Shown here: positions 1-8,732 of the stretch, in pieces | Layout: each line of letters opens with the position of its first letter | How positions within the stretch are numbered: the stretch's first letter is position 1 | Origin: a virus | Taxonomy: Duplodnaviria > Caudoviricetes | Reading direction: 5' to 3' (one strand) | Length of the DNA: 41,579 bases | Virus record (IMG/VR): IMGVR_UViG_3300016478_000061 | Coordinates: 1-41,579 of that record | Made by a program: the position numbers and the translations under genes | The notes under the pieces: model-generated | Seen by the model: only the letters and a program-made list of their open reading frames with translations | Database searches by the model: none | What the model was told of the DNA's origin: nothing

Positions 1-660
1 CTGCAGCGCAACGAGGTGCTGGTAGAGGCGACCGGGCCAGATGGCAAATACAACACGCTTTTCCTTGGCACCATCGGCAGCGCCTACGCTGACTACATGG
101 GTGCGCCTGATGTGTCATTCATGGTTGAGGCATATAACGCCATGCAATCCGCCACCGATGCCAACCCTCCGACCTCGTGGCCTGGCCCGCAAAAGGTGTC
201 CGCTATCGCCGGGGAGTTGTGCAAGAGAATAGGACTAAAGCTGGAAGATAATGGGGTTGATGCCACGGTGTCGGACGCCTACCTGAGCGGGTCATACTAC
301 AACCAGTTGCGGTCTCTTTGTGAAATGGCGAGGTGTCAGGTGTGGATAGACTCGGCGCAAGGTGTTGTAGCGATATCACCGCAAGGCAGGCCGAGAAATA
401 TAGAGCCAGTGTTGATGAATGGCGATCTTGGTCTTATAGGGTGGCCGACTCCAACACACCTTGGGGTTGATTTCATGTGCCTGTACGACCCTGGCATCTA
501 CTTTGGTAGACAGGTGAAGCTCGAAACCAGTGTCACCCCATGCGCGGGGAATTGGTACGTCAGGGGGCTGGCTATAAACCTAGACTGCGAGACACCTGGC
601 GGAGCGTGGTTTATGTATGTGAATGCGAATGCGATCAGTCAGTTTGTGAGGACGCGCTAA
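1..660 (+). CDS. Baseplate hub protein, C-terminal part (N-terminus at 41352-41579)
   Basis: Frame 1 is open from base 1 and lies between the tail-initiator genes and the spike gene. It has the GLIGWPT motif and C-terminal beta strands typical of hub proteins. Confidence 0.75.
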   Translation: MQRNEVLVEATGPDGKYNTLFLGTIGSAYADYMGAPDVSFMVEAYNAMQSATDANPPTSWPGPQKVSAIAGELCKRIGLKLEDNGVDATVSDAYLSGSYYNQLRSLCEMARCQVWIDSAQGVVAISPQGRPRNIEPVLMNGDLGLIGWPTPTHLGVDFMCLYDPGIYFGRQVKLETSVTPCAGNWYVRGLAINLDCETPGGAWFMYVNANAISQFVRTR

Positions 661-1292
661 TGTCCGAAACCAACAATCCACTAGCCCTCCCGTCAGATTT
701 CGACAGCGAGCAGAACGGCCTCAACTTCGCCATCCAGCAAGCCATGCTCAAACTGCAAACATCTCTCCCTGTGCGGGTGATGGCAGTGCGCAATGCTGGC
801 GTTGCTCCAGTTGGGCAGGTGGACATCCAGGTGCTGGTTGACATGGTGGACGGCCAGGGTAACACCGTGCAGCACGGCACCATCCCAAATGTGCCGTACT
901 TCCGTCTGCAGGGTGGTACCAATGCGGTGATAGTGGATCCATCGCCGGGCGACATTGGCATGGCTTGCTTCTGCTCCCGTGACATCTCGGCGGTGAAGTC
1001 GGTAAAGGATGCGGCCCCTCCCGGTAGCTGGAGATCTCATGACTTCAGCGATGCGCTCTATCTGGGCGGGTTCCTTAATGGCACTCCGACCAGCTACATC
1101 CAGATCACCCAGAGCGGGATTTTGGTTCACAACTCATCTGGTGTTAAACTTGGGGACACTGGCGCCGAAGTGCGCAAATTGGTGGACGAGCGCTTTGTTG
1201 AGCTGTTCAACGGCCACACTCACGGCGGCGGGCCGACTCCCAGTCAAGAGATGACGGCGAACCACCTCACCACACTGACCAAGGCGAACTGA
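660..1292 (+). CDS. Baseplate central spike (Gp138/gpV-like)
   Basis: ATG at 660 overlaps the upstream TAA (TAATG). OB-fold-type VPYFRLQGG..P.PGDIG motif, RSHDFSDA, and C-terminal HTH metal-binding motif (FNGHTH). Confidence 0.85.
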   Translation: MSETNNPLALPSDFDSEQNGLNFAIQQAMLKLQTSLPVRVMAVRNAGVAPVGQVDIQVLVDMVDGQGNTVQHGTIPNVPYFRLQGGTNAVIVDPSPGDIGMACFCSRDISAVKSVKDAAPPGSWRSHDFSDALYLGGFLNGTPTSYIQITQSGILVHNSSGVKLGDTGAEVRKLVDERFVELFNGHTHGGGPTPSQEMTANHLTTLTKAN

Positions 1293-1636
1293 TGGACACG
1301 ATTTTTCTGAACCCGACGACGTGGGATCTGGACGTTGATGCATCTGGCAGTATCGCGCTGTCTTCGTCGGCATACTCTGTGGCGCAGGACGTGGCCAGTC
1401 AGTCGCTGCTGTGGCGCGGTGAGGCCCCCTACAACACCGACGACGGCATCCCCTACGAACAGTCTGTGCTTGGCCAGCGACCAGCGCAAGCCACCCTGGC
1501 GGCTTGGTATCAACAAGAGGCGCTGCGCGTCCCTGATGTGGCGTCGGCAACGCCAGTGCTCATCTATGACCAGGCAAGGGGCGTAACCGGGCAAATTCAA
1601 GTAACACTTACCGACGGGACCCAAATCAATGTCTAA
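1292..1636 (+). CDS. Baseplate wedge subunit (gp25/W-like)
   Basis: 114 aa with WDL...GE..YNTDDGIPY motif, located between spike and baseplate J. Confidence 0.75.
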   Translation: MDTIFLNPTTWDLDVDASGSIALSSSAYSVAQDVASQSLLWRGEAPYNTDDGIPYEQSVLGQRPAQATLAAWYQQEALRVPDVASATPVLIYDQARGVTGQIQVTLTDGTQINV

Positions 1637-2843
1637 CGTGCCGAAGATCACGATCACCTATCAGGGCATCACGGTCCCGCAGGCTACAGCCATCCGCACC
1701 GGGGTGCTCACTGACTACAACGTGGCATTTGGTGGGAATCTCAACGTCACCAGCAGCGCTACGCCGCAGGCCCACCTTGCCGACAATCTGACCCAGAACA
1801 TCACCGACGCAAACGCTGCAGTTTCATCCGTGGTCGCCGGTGTTGACCCGGCAACCAGTGAGGGGCGCTTTCAGGACGCCATCGGACGGATCTACTTCCT
1901 GACCCGCAAGGGTGCCACCGCGTCCGTGGTACTTGCCACCGTCACCGGTCAGCCGGGTGCGATACTGCCGGCTGGAGCCTTGGCGCGTGACGTCAACGGC
2001 CTCTACTGGGCGTCCAGCGGGTCGGTAACATTCCCGATCGGCGGGGTAGCTACGGTTGAATTTGCATGCACCACACCTGGTCCCGTGCAACTCGGTATCG
2101 GCGAGCTTAACCGGATCGCTCAGGCCTCGCTGGGCTGGGACGCCATCAGCAACGCAGGCGCCGCAGTAACCGGAACCAACGTCGAATCGAGAGCGGAGTT
2201 CGAGGCGCGTCGCTTTGCGTCAGTGGCCAAGAACGCGCACGGCTCGGCAGCGGCCATTAGGGGCTCGGTGTGGGATGTGCCAGGGGTGATTGACGTCTAT
2301 GCATACGACAACTTCCTTGGCGTACCGGTGCAGGTTGGCCCGACCAACTACGAAATCCCCGCCCACTGCGTCTACATCGCTGCGGTAGGTGGAACTGACG
2401 AGGAGGTAGCAAAGGCCATATTCCTCAAGAAGGATGGCGGCTGCAACCTGACAGGCAACACCACCGTGATCGTACAGGACACCGAAAATGATGTCGGCTT
2501 CCCATACCCGGAGTATTCGATCTCATGGGAGCGCCCGGCATCGCTGCCGATCCTGTTCAAGGTCACGCTGCGCAGCTCTTCATCCTTGCCGTTCAACATC
2601 ACCGATCTGGTCAAGCAGTCGGTGATCGACACGTTCAACGGCCTGAATGGCTTTCAGCGTGCGCGCATCGGCGGGGAGGTATATTCATCGAGCTACTACG
2701 GCCCGATCGCCCAGATCGCCAACTCGGTGCAGGTGCTGACTGTTCGTGTCGGCACCACACTGGCAGATCAGGACTCCGTGCTTGTCGGCATAGACCAGGC
2801 GCCCACGGTGTCAGCTGATGACATTGAGGTGGTGCTGGTATGA
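1629..2843 (+). CDS. Baseplate J-like wedge protein
   Basis: 404 aa with DPATSEGRFQDAIG..LTRK and G..ESRAEFEARR motifs; synteny. Confidence 0.88.
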   Translation: MSNVPKITITYQGITVPQATAIRTGVLTDYNVAFGGNLNVTSSATPQAHLADNLTQNITDANAAVSSVVAGVDPATSEGRFQDAIGRIYFLTRKGATASVVLATVTGQPGAILPAGALARDVNGLYWASSGSVTFPIGGVATVEFACTTPGPVQLGIGELNRIAQASLGWDAISNAGAAVTGTNVESRAEFEARRFASVAKNAHGSAAAIRGSVWDVPGVIDVYAYDNFLGVPVQVGPTNYEIPAHCVYIAAVGGTDEEVAKAIFLKKDGGCNLTGNTTVIVQDTENDVGFPYPEYSISWERPASLPILFKVTLRSSSSLPFNITDLVKQSVIDTFNGLNGFQRARIGGEVYSSSYYGPIAQIANSVQVLTVRVGTTLADQDSVLVGIDQAPTVSADDIEVVLV

Positions 2844-3493
2844 TATCCATGCACCAGTATGCTGCCTCTCCACGCATCAAGCAGCTGATCAGCTACCACA
2901 CCGAGTATTTCGACGCGACTTGGGTGGATGAGTTTTACAACGTGGTGTGGAACGTCGATACCGCCCAGGGGTTCGGGCTGGACATCTGGGGCCGCATAGT
3001 CGCCATCGAGGACGGCAGATACCTGCGTGTTACCATTGGCGACTACGCTGGCTTCAACACTCCGACCGAAACCCAGTCATGGCAGACATTCGGGTTTGGC
3101 ACACTGTACCCTGGCGCGCCAGAGACGGACGTATTCAAGCTGGCCGACCCGGCATTCCGCACCCTGATCTTGACCAAGGCGTTGGCAAACATCAGTGACT
3201 CGACCATGAGCAGTCTGAACGGGGTACTAAAGAACCTGTTCCCTGGTCGCGGCCGGTGCTGGGTCAACGATCTGCAAGGCATGGCCATTCGCTACGTCTT
3301 CGAGTTTCCGTTAGAATCATGGGAAAGGTCAGTGCTATCGAAAGACACCTTGCCTCGTCCTGGTGGTGTTCTAGCCACCGTGTTGACCGCCCCTGATGGG
3401 CTGTTTGGTTTCAATGAAGCCGGGGCCGGATCCGAGCCTTTTGGCCAAGGCACCCTGTTAAATAATGGAGATTTCTTCAATGTCGGTATCTGA
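2840..3493 (+). CDS. Baseplate wedge protein (DUF2612-like)
   Basis: QYAASP, WNVDTAQGFGLDIWGRIV and LPRPGGV motifs; follows baseplate J. Confidence 0.82.
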   Translation: MISMHQYAASPRIKQLISYHTEYFDATWVDEFYNVVWNVDTAQGFGLDIWGRIVAIEDGRYLRVTIGDYAGFNTPTETQSWQTFGFGTLYPGAPETDVFKLADPAFRTLILTKALANISDSTMSSLNGVLKNLFPGRGRCWVNDLQGMAIRYVFEFPLESWERSVLSKDTLPRPGGVLATVLTAPDGLFGFNEAGAGSEPFGQGTLLNNGDFFNVGI

Positions 3494-5051
3494 ACCTGGC
3501 AAAATCATCACCCCGTGGGCTGAGTCTGGCCTCAAAAACACCATCCCTCCGGCAGCCAACCCGGCAACCGGTCGTGCCGGCTTCGATCAGGGTTTTTCTG
3601 CCATCAATATGACGGCAAAAGAGGCTGGCGGCATACCCCCGTTCGGCCAAGACTTCAACGGCATTTTCTACGAAGTCACCAACATCTTGCGGTACATGCA
3701 GGCCGGTGGCCAGCCCACGTTCAGCTCTGCTTTAGCGACTGCCATTGGCGGTTACCCCAAGGGCGCCATGGTGCTGGGTAGTGACGGACTGACTCTGTGG
3801 CAGAGCCAGATTGAAAGCAACTCTGTGGATCCTGACATTGACCCATCAAACTGGGGGACGTTTGATATAGGCCTGAAAGCTCAGCTTGCAGCGACTGGCG
3901 GAGCTGGCCTGATAACCGACACGCTAAAACCTGTTACGTGGTCTGGGTTCGCCGGCGGTGCGGATAAAACTGGGGTTATCGACTCCACGGCAGCCCTGGA
4001 TAGCGTTTACACCGCAGCTAACAGCAATGGTCAGTCCATCATTATACCGGCGGGCACGTACAAAGTTGGGGCGTCGGTAAGAGAAGTTCAGTCAGATACT
4101 ATTTGGTTAAGTCGCGACTTCGATTCTGGGGTTAGCGCTACCGACTCGGCCCAGAGGACGCCGCTTCTCATTACCGTGGGCAACCCGGATGTGCCGGTTC
4201 TTGATTTCAAATACAACCGTGCAGGCGTGAACATCACTGCTATTGGGCGCGGCGGCCAGCACATAGACTGCATTCGAGCATCACTAATTAACAACTCAAC
4301 TGACGGGGATGGAAACACTGCATTCTACGGGTCGGCCGTTTCGTCTGCTGCGGCTACTGGGTGGAGCGCGGCTGTTCATGGGGAGACCAAGCATGGCGGG
4401 GGAACAACCCTGGCTATTTCATCAGAGAGCGCAAGCTACTCCACATCTGGTGTTTTTTATGGTGCAGTTCTGAACAACACAACAGGGAGCGCGGCTGAGT
4501 TCCACCCGACAACAGGGCTCCCTGTTGTCGCCCATCCCACTGCCACTGCACTGTATATAACTGGCGGCACTACGCGCGGTGACATGGGGCAATGGGTGCG
4601 TGGGGTACATTTTGGCCCGTTGTCTATGCGGGCGATCGGCACGCTATTACGAGATCAAAGCGCAGCGGATAAGGGATACTGGTCGCTTGCTGAGTCATCA
4701 AAAGCTACGGCTGACATTTTGCTAGAGGGGACTTGCCCTACTGCGATTATATTGAACGGAACGTATGCCTCTGGAAACGCCATCCGACTCAAATCCGGCG
4801 ATTCCATTGCTTACGAGACGACCGGGGCCGTCAAGACCAGATACTCATCGGCAGACGTTCAGTGGGGGCTTTACAATGGGGCTACTCAGCGAGTCGGTTT
4901 CGCCACAGCATCCTTTGGCATGTATTTCAATGGGGTCAAGGTGGTAGGGGTGCAGCAGGGGTCGATCCCGAATGCCACTGTTGGGACAGAGGTGGCTGTG
5001 ATAAACTCAATCCTGACAGCAATGAGAAACCATGGGCTAATCGCCCCCTAA
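3480..5051 (+). CDS. Tail fibre / tailspike receptor-binding protein
   Basis: Conserved N-terminal anchor (GGIPPFGQDFNGIF, GYPKGA), then a beta-helix entry motif (GADKTGVIDSTAA...IIIPAGTY) and a more AT-rich distal part. Confidence 0.85.
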   Translation: MSVSEPGKIITPWAESGLKNTIPPAANPATGRAGFDQGFSAINMTAKEAGGIPPFGQDFNGIFYEVTNILRYMQAGGQPTFSSALATAIGGYPKGAMVLGSDGLTLWQSQIESNSVDPDIDPSNWGTFDIGLKAQLAATGGAGLITDTLKPVTWSGFAGGADKTGVIDSTAALDSVYTAANSNGQSIIIPAGTYKVGASVREVQSDTIWLSRDFDSGVSATDSAQRTPLLITVGNPDVPVLDFKYNRAGVNITAIGRGGQHIDCIRASLINNSTDGDGNTAFYGSAVSSAAATGWSAAVHGETKHGGGTTLAISSESASYSTSGVFYGAVLNNTTGSAAEFHPTTGLPVVAHPTATALYITGGTTRGDMGQWVRGVHFGPLSMRAIGTLLRDQSAADKGYWSLAESSKATADILLEGTCPTAIILNGTYASGNAIRLKSGDSIAYETTGAVKTRYSSADVQWGLYNGATQRVGFATASFGMYFNGVKVVGVQQGSIPNATVGTEVAVINSILTAMRNHGLIAP

Positions 5052-5066
5052 TGCTACGAGGCTTTT

Positions 5067-5231
5067 ATGCACATCTATACCGCAAAAAATATCATTGGAT
5101 TCATGCAAAGAGTGCAACTTCAAGGGGCTGAGGTTCCTGCCTTTAATGAGGCTATGGTCGCTCTGCACGCGATCGCCAACCCCCAAGATGTAGCAGAAGA
5201 AGAGAAAATTACAGATGAGGAGCGGCAATAA
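5067..5231 (+). CDS. Small 54-aa protein (MHIYTAKNIIGFMQRVQLQGAEVPAFNEAM...), likely fibre chaperone; absent from the ORF track
   Basis: GAGG RBS upstream; its TAA overlaps the next ATG (TAATG); fills the gap after the fibre gene. Confidence 0.7.
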   Translation: MHIYTAKNIIGFMQRVQLQGAEVPAFNEAMVALHAIANPQDVAEEEKITDEERQ

Positions 5232-5476
5232 TGGCGTTGATGACTGACGAGAAGGCCAACGGCCTTTACATCCGCGTGGAAAACCCGCGCGTGCATGGTA
5301 AGTTCGACCTGACGTTTTTTCTTGTTCAGTATCTTGAGCACCCTCTATCTGGTGACAGGGTGGAGGTTGGACGAGAAGAGAGAACTTGCGAGTACCAGTT
5401 GGACGGCCCAAACATATTCGAGCAGTGCTACAACCACGCCAAGGTTGAGCTGCCATTCAACACATTCGACTGCTAG
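5231..5476 (+). CDS. Small fibre-associated hypothetical protein (81 aa)
   Basis: GAGGAG RBS, coupled start, followed by a terminator. Confidence 0.7.
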   Translation: MALMTDEKANGLYIRVENPRVHGKFDLTFFLVQYLEHPLSGDRVEVGREERTCEYQLDGPNIFEQCYNHAKVELPFNTFDC

Positions 5477-5500
5477 AAGAGGGCCCTTGCGGGCCCTTTT
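5477..5500. terminator. Bidirectional intrinsic terminator
   Basis: AAGAGGGCCC-TTGC-GGGCCCTTTT between convergent operons. Confidence 0.85.
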
Positions 5501-5763
5501 CATATCACAACCAAGGCGGCTGCAATCGACAGCGGCCCCAGCTAATCCACTGTGGACTTGACGCTCCACGCCCTGCGCTCAAAACCACACCACCAAGGCG
5601 CGTTAACTCGCTTCCCGCCATAGAACGATTTGATGGTGCGATACTCGGCCTGGGCGTGCTCCCTGCCGCAGTAGAAGGACGCCAACATGGTTGCGGCTTC
5701 TGCGTGAAGCCCGAAAGGCCACGCCAGAGCGGAGAGCGCCAGGGTTATCAGTGCGTGGATCAT
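5500..5763 (-). pseudogene. Lysis-cassette membrane protein interrupted by an in-frame TAG at 5542-5544
   Basis: MIHALITLALSALAW...KSTVD*LGPLSIAAALVVI*. The hydrophobic extension ends at TGA 5500-5502, abutting the terminator. Confidence 0.65.
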
Positions 5764-6263
5764 TTGCCACCCCGCAGCATGTCCTTGTTGGCGCTGGCCC
5801 GTGTCGATCCTACCCAGTACACCACGCAACTGGCCAGCAGCCCGGACACCTGCCCTGCCATATAAACCACGATGTCCTTATTCTCTCCGGGGATGGCCCA
5901 GATGAACAGGGCGCCGACAATGCAGCCGAACATGGCGCACATCACCATCGTGATGACGGACGGCATCCAGTGGTGCTGGTGAGCCTTGCGGGCATCCTGC
6001 ACGTCTGCCGTTTCGATGCGGAACCGGTCAACCTCCATTTCGGTCAGGCGCTCCTGGTGGCGCAACTCAACCTCCCGCAGTTTGAGTGCCGCATTTGGAT
6101 CGGCCTTGATGGCGGCCATGATGTTGGCGGGGGTGGGGTCTGTAACACCGAATTGACTTGCCACCCAAGCCCCAACTGCCGCGCCTGCAGGGCCACCAAG
6201 GGCCCCGCCGAGTATCGGCGCCCCCATCTGGATTGCCTGCTTGCCTATATCCATCCAGTTCAT
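5760..6263 (-). CDS. Putative holin
   Basis: N-terminal Gly-rich amphipathic segment and two C-terminal TM helices ending YWVGST; adjacent to the endolysin. Confidence 0.65.
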   Translation of the reverse strand: MNWMDIGKQAIQMGAPILGGALGGPAGAAVGAWVASQFGVTDPTPANIMAAIKADPNAALKLREVELRHQERLTEMEVDRFRIETADVQDARKAHQHHWMPSVITMVMCAMFGCIVGALFIWAIPGENKDIVVYMAGQVSGLLASCVVYWVGSTRASANKDMLRGGK

Positions 6264-6757
6264 GATGCCACCACCTTACATGCCACTGCGTAGAGTTCAT
6301 CCCATGTCTGGCGGTGCGGCTTGCCAGGGCGCCAAACTCGCTGATACAGATCCCACGCCGCCTGTGCATCACCGATTTCCGGCAGCGCCTTCGGGTCGGT
6401 GTAGAGCAGCAGGCGGCCGAGGCCGAACGCCAGCACGTCGTTGAACTCCATGGCCTGGAAAATGGATGCGCGATCGAACGGCACGTCCAGGGCCTGGCAC
6501 AGGCTTTTAACTGAAACGCTGGATGCAGAGTGGGTCATCACCCCCTTCACCCCGCCGCCAGACTCGAACTGCAGGAATGATTTGGCAGGACCGCCGATCT
6601 GCTTGCGGTGGGTCAGGCGGCTTTCTTGTAGGCCGATGGCGAGAAGCATAACTGTGGCTTTGTCGCTGGTCATCTTGGGGGGCAGCAGGGTCATGGCTGG
6701 GTTGATGGCGTATTCGATGATGGCTGCGCATCGCTGTGCGGCGGTTAGTGGTTGCAT
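6260..6757 (-). CDS. Endolysin (lysozyme-like fold)
   Basis: LLAIGLQES...RKQIGGPA..F.QFE.GGG and WRPGKP motifs; lysis cassette context. Confidence 0.78.
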   Translation of the reverse strand: MQPLTAAQRCAAIIEYAINPAMTLLPPKMTSDKATVMLLAIGLQESRLTHRKQIGGPAKSFLQFESGGGVKGVMTHSASSVSVKSLCQALDVPFDRASIFQAMEFNDVLAFGLGRLLLYTDPKALPEIGDAQAAWDLYQRVWRPGKPHRQTWDELYAVACKVVAS

Positions 6758-6760
6758 TGG

Positions 6761-7207
6761 TTATCCCTCATTGCGAATTTCGGTTTGATTTCGGATCTGC
6801 GTTGCAACTTCTGAAACGGCGGCATCTTTGACGAGGGCAAACATGAACCAGAACAGGGCGACAAGAATGGCTCCGTATAGCACCTTTTTCCCGTGGTCCC
6901 TCACTCCGTTGGCGCTGACTTCCTCCTGATATTTCCGATCCAGCCATTCCAGCCGCTTGCGCACGTCGGCCTCGGTGGATTGGCCGGTCATGTTGATATT
7001 GATCATCTTGCGCTGGTCGGCCTGGATCTGCTCGATGGTCTGCTCCATCCTGTCTTGCCGGTTGGCAAGCCTGGCAGTGCTGCGGGAGTTTTCATCAACC
7101 GCCTCGACCAGCTTGGTCAGGGTGACGGTGTTCTGCGATAGGGCTTCAGCCATCCTGCCAAGCTGATAGGCTCCTTGCGGGTCATGGCCGGATGGCGTCG
7201 TCTGCAT
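6761..7207 (-). CDS. Coiled-coil protein with a single C-proximal TM helix (lysis-associated)
   Basis: Start MQTTPSG with GAGGA RBS; heptad region followed by VLYGAILVALFWFMFALV. Confidence 0.7.
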   Translation of the reverse strand: MQTTPSGHDPQGAYQLGRMAEALSQNTVTLTKLVEAVDENSRSTARLANRQDRMEQTIEQIQADQRKMININMTGQSTEADVRKRLEWLDRKYQEEVSANGVRDHGKKVLYGAILVALFWFMFALVKDAAVSEVATQIRNQTEIRNEG

Positions 7208-7232
7208 CTCTCGTCCTCGTCGAGTTGTTATC

Positions 7233-7246
7233 GGGATTATCGCACA
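7233..7246 (-). promoter_or_regulatory. Putative extended -10 promoter of the lysis operon
   Basis: TGTGCGATAATCCC, 13/14 identical to 40441-40454. Confidence 0.5.
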
Positions 7247-7359
7247 ACAGCTTGACATTCTAAACCCAGCTGGAACCGATCAGTGTTGAGTGTGGTGGGT
7301 GATGGTATTATTGGATCTCGGCAGGGGTGCGCTGCCCTAGCTAAACCAAGGAGACTTGT

Positions 7360-7730
7360 ATGGCAAACGAACGATGGCCGGCTCTGACTCCGGCAGGGAA
7401 CGAGGTGCTGCCGGTGGCAAACGCCACGCTGTACACGGGGGAGATGAGCACCTCTAGCGCGTCACGCTGCCAGGTGTATGTGGAGTTTTTCAGTGACGCT
7501 GCCGGGCTGGTGCCGGTGACGCCAACTGCTGGACTGATGTCTGCCGAAGTGTCGCCCATGGGTGCCGGCTGGATGGCATCATCGAACCACAACGTGATCA
7601 ACGCCACCGAGGCTGGAGTGTCTGCCACCTACGAGCCGCCCTACTTTGAAGGGCGAGCAAAGCAGGGCGGATCACCTTCTCTGGTATCACCGGAGCAGTG
7701 ACGGCCAGGGTAACTTTCTGGAGGTACTGA
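7360..7730 (+). pseudogene. Hypothetical protein with apparent 1-nt deletion at GGG 7665-7667
   Basis: Strong AAGGAG RBS. The -1 frame continues GRITFSGITGAVTARVTFWRY* to TGA 7730, one base before the next ATG. Confidence 0.65.
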
Positions 7731-7731
7731 T

Positions 7732-8306
7732 ATGCCACTACCAACGCAAGGAGGGTTCCCCAAGGGGCTCTACTCCGGCACCAGAGCTGAGACGGTGCAG
7801 TTCTACGACGAGGCCAACAAGAAGAACGGGAGTCAGTGGGTGGCGAGCCGTCGCGTCGTGGACGTTCCGGCGGGTGGGAAGCTGTACTCCATCATCAAGA
7901 CGAGGACGCTTCCCCTTGACCTGAAGCAGAGGGTGTTTAGCTACACGGGCAGAGGGCTGATTGCCAGGTTCTACACGGGGTTTACCCCGCAGACCCTGCC
8001 ATCGCCGGAAGTGGTGTATTGCTTGCGCCCGGGAAAGCCGGCGTTCAGGGACTTTGATCTCTACGCGCTTGCTGCCGCCCTGCGTCTCTTGGCAACAAGT
8101 GGAGCGCAGACATCTTCCTTGATGGCAACACCCAGGTTCAAGGCCAGGGGGCCACTCAGGTGGCAGGTGGGTATGGATGGATTATCGAGCCAAACCAGGA
8201 GATCCTGATGGAGATCGAGTCTACTGACACCCAGACGCAGACCATCTCTGCCACCCTGGCGATGTACAACGGATTCCTTGACCTGCCGCTCCCGAAGATG
8301 CCGTGA
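7732..8306 (+). pseudogene. Hypothetical (possibly virion-associated) protein with apparent 1-nt deletion at CCC 8078-8080
   Basis: GGAGG RBS. The -1 frame gives 75 more aa (PASLGNKWSADIFLDG...YNGFLDLPLPKMP*) ending next to the terminator. Confidence 0.7.
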
Positions 8307-8316
8307 TGGCGAGAAT

Positions 8317-8342
8317 AAAAAAAGCCCCTCATCGAGGGGCTT
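8317..8342 (-). terminator. Intrinsic terminator, strongest on the minus strand
   Basis: Minus strand AAGCCCCTC-GAT-GAGGGGC followed by T7. Confidence 0.85.
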
Positions 8343-8453
8343 CAACTTATCACAGGAGATAACACGCAATCAAAGATCAATGGCACAGCAACAGGATGTC
8401 GTACAACAACAGAGGCATGACACAACAACAGGAACGGATAACACATATCAGCC
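8317..8453 (-). ncRNA. Candidate ~137-nt sRNA with repeated anti-SD/GU-rich seeds
   Basis: Own sigma70 promoter and terminator, no translatable ORF with an RBS, and four CCUGUUG/CUCCUG-type repeats. Confidence 0.7.
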
Positions 8454-8458
8454 ACTTC

Positions 8459-8487
8459 ATGCTATGACGACCCGTTGTTTTTGTCAA
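8459..8487 (-). promoter_or_regulatory. Sigma70 promoter for the sRNA
   Basis: TTGACA (8487-8482), 17-nt spacer, TAGCAT (8464-8459). Confidence 0.8.
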
Positions 8488-8501
8488 CGCTCGCTCTTGC
8501 T

Positions 8502-8732
8502 TTAATTCCTGTAGTGCTGCTTCACCGGACGAAACTCGCAATACTGTCCACTGCGCCACTCGGTCGCGTAACATTGCGGGACGTATGGATCTGGCAGTGC
8601 ATGGCGCATGCCTGGCTCATGGTGCGGTGACCCCTGGTGCAGTGACCCGCCAATAATGGCGATGATGGCACACCACACCATTGCCAGCCACCATGGGGAC
8701 CAGTTCGGCATTGGGGAGTGGTAGTGGTGCAT
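8502..8732 (-). CDS. Small membrane protein (76 aa)
   Basis: TAATG coupling to the upstream gene; one TM segment (WWLAMVWCAIIAIIGG). Confidence 0.65.
   Translation of the reverse strand: MHHYHSPMPNWSPWWLAMVWCAIIAIIGGSLHQGSPHHEPGMRHALPDPYVPQCYATEWRSGQYCEFRPVKQHYRN

Noticed and set aside
3480-5476. DGR or invertase-driven fibre variation
   Set aside because: No reverse transcriptase, TR/VR repeat or site-specific recombinase was seen.
8351-8445. CRISPR mini-array or plus-strand CsrB-like sponge
   Set aside because: The repeats are short, degenerate and lack spacers. Promoter and terminator polarity favour the minus strand, though a plus-strand CsrA sponge is not strictly excluded.
8377-8460. 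Cys-rich mini-ORF MKWLICVIRSCCCVMPLLL...
   Set aside because: Its ATG overlaps the -10 box and lacks an SD; the composition reflects the UGU repeats of the sRNA.
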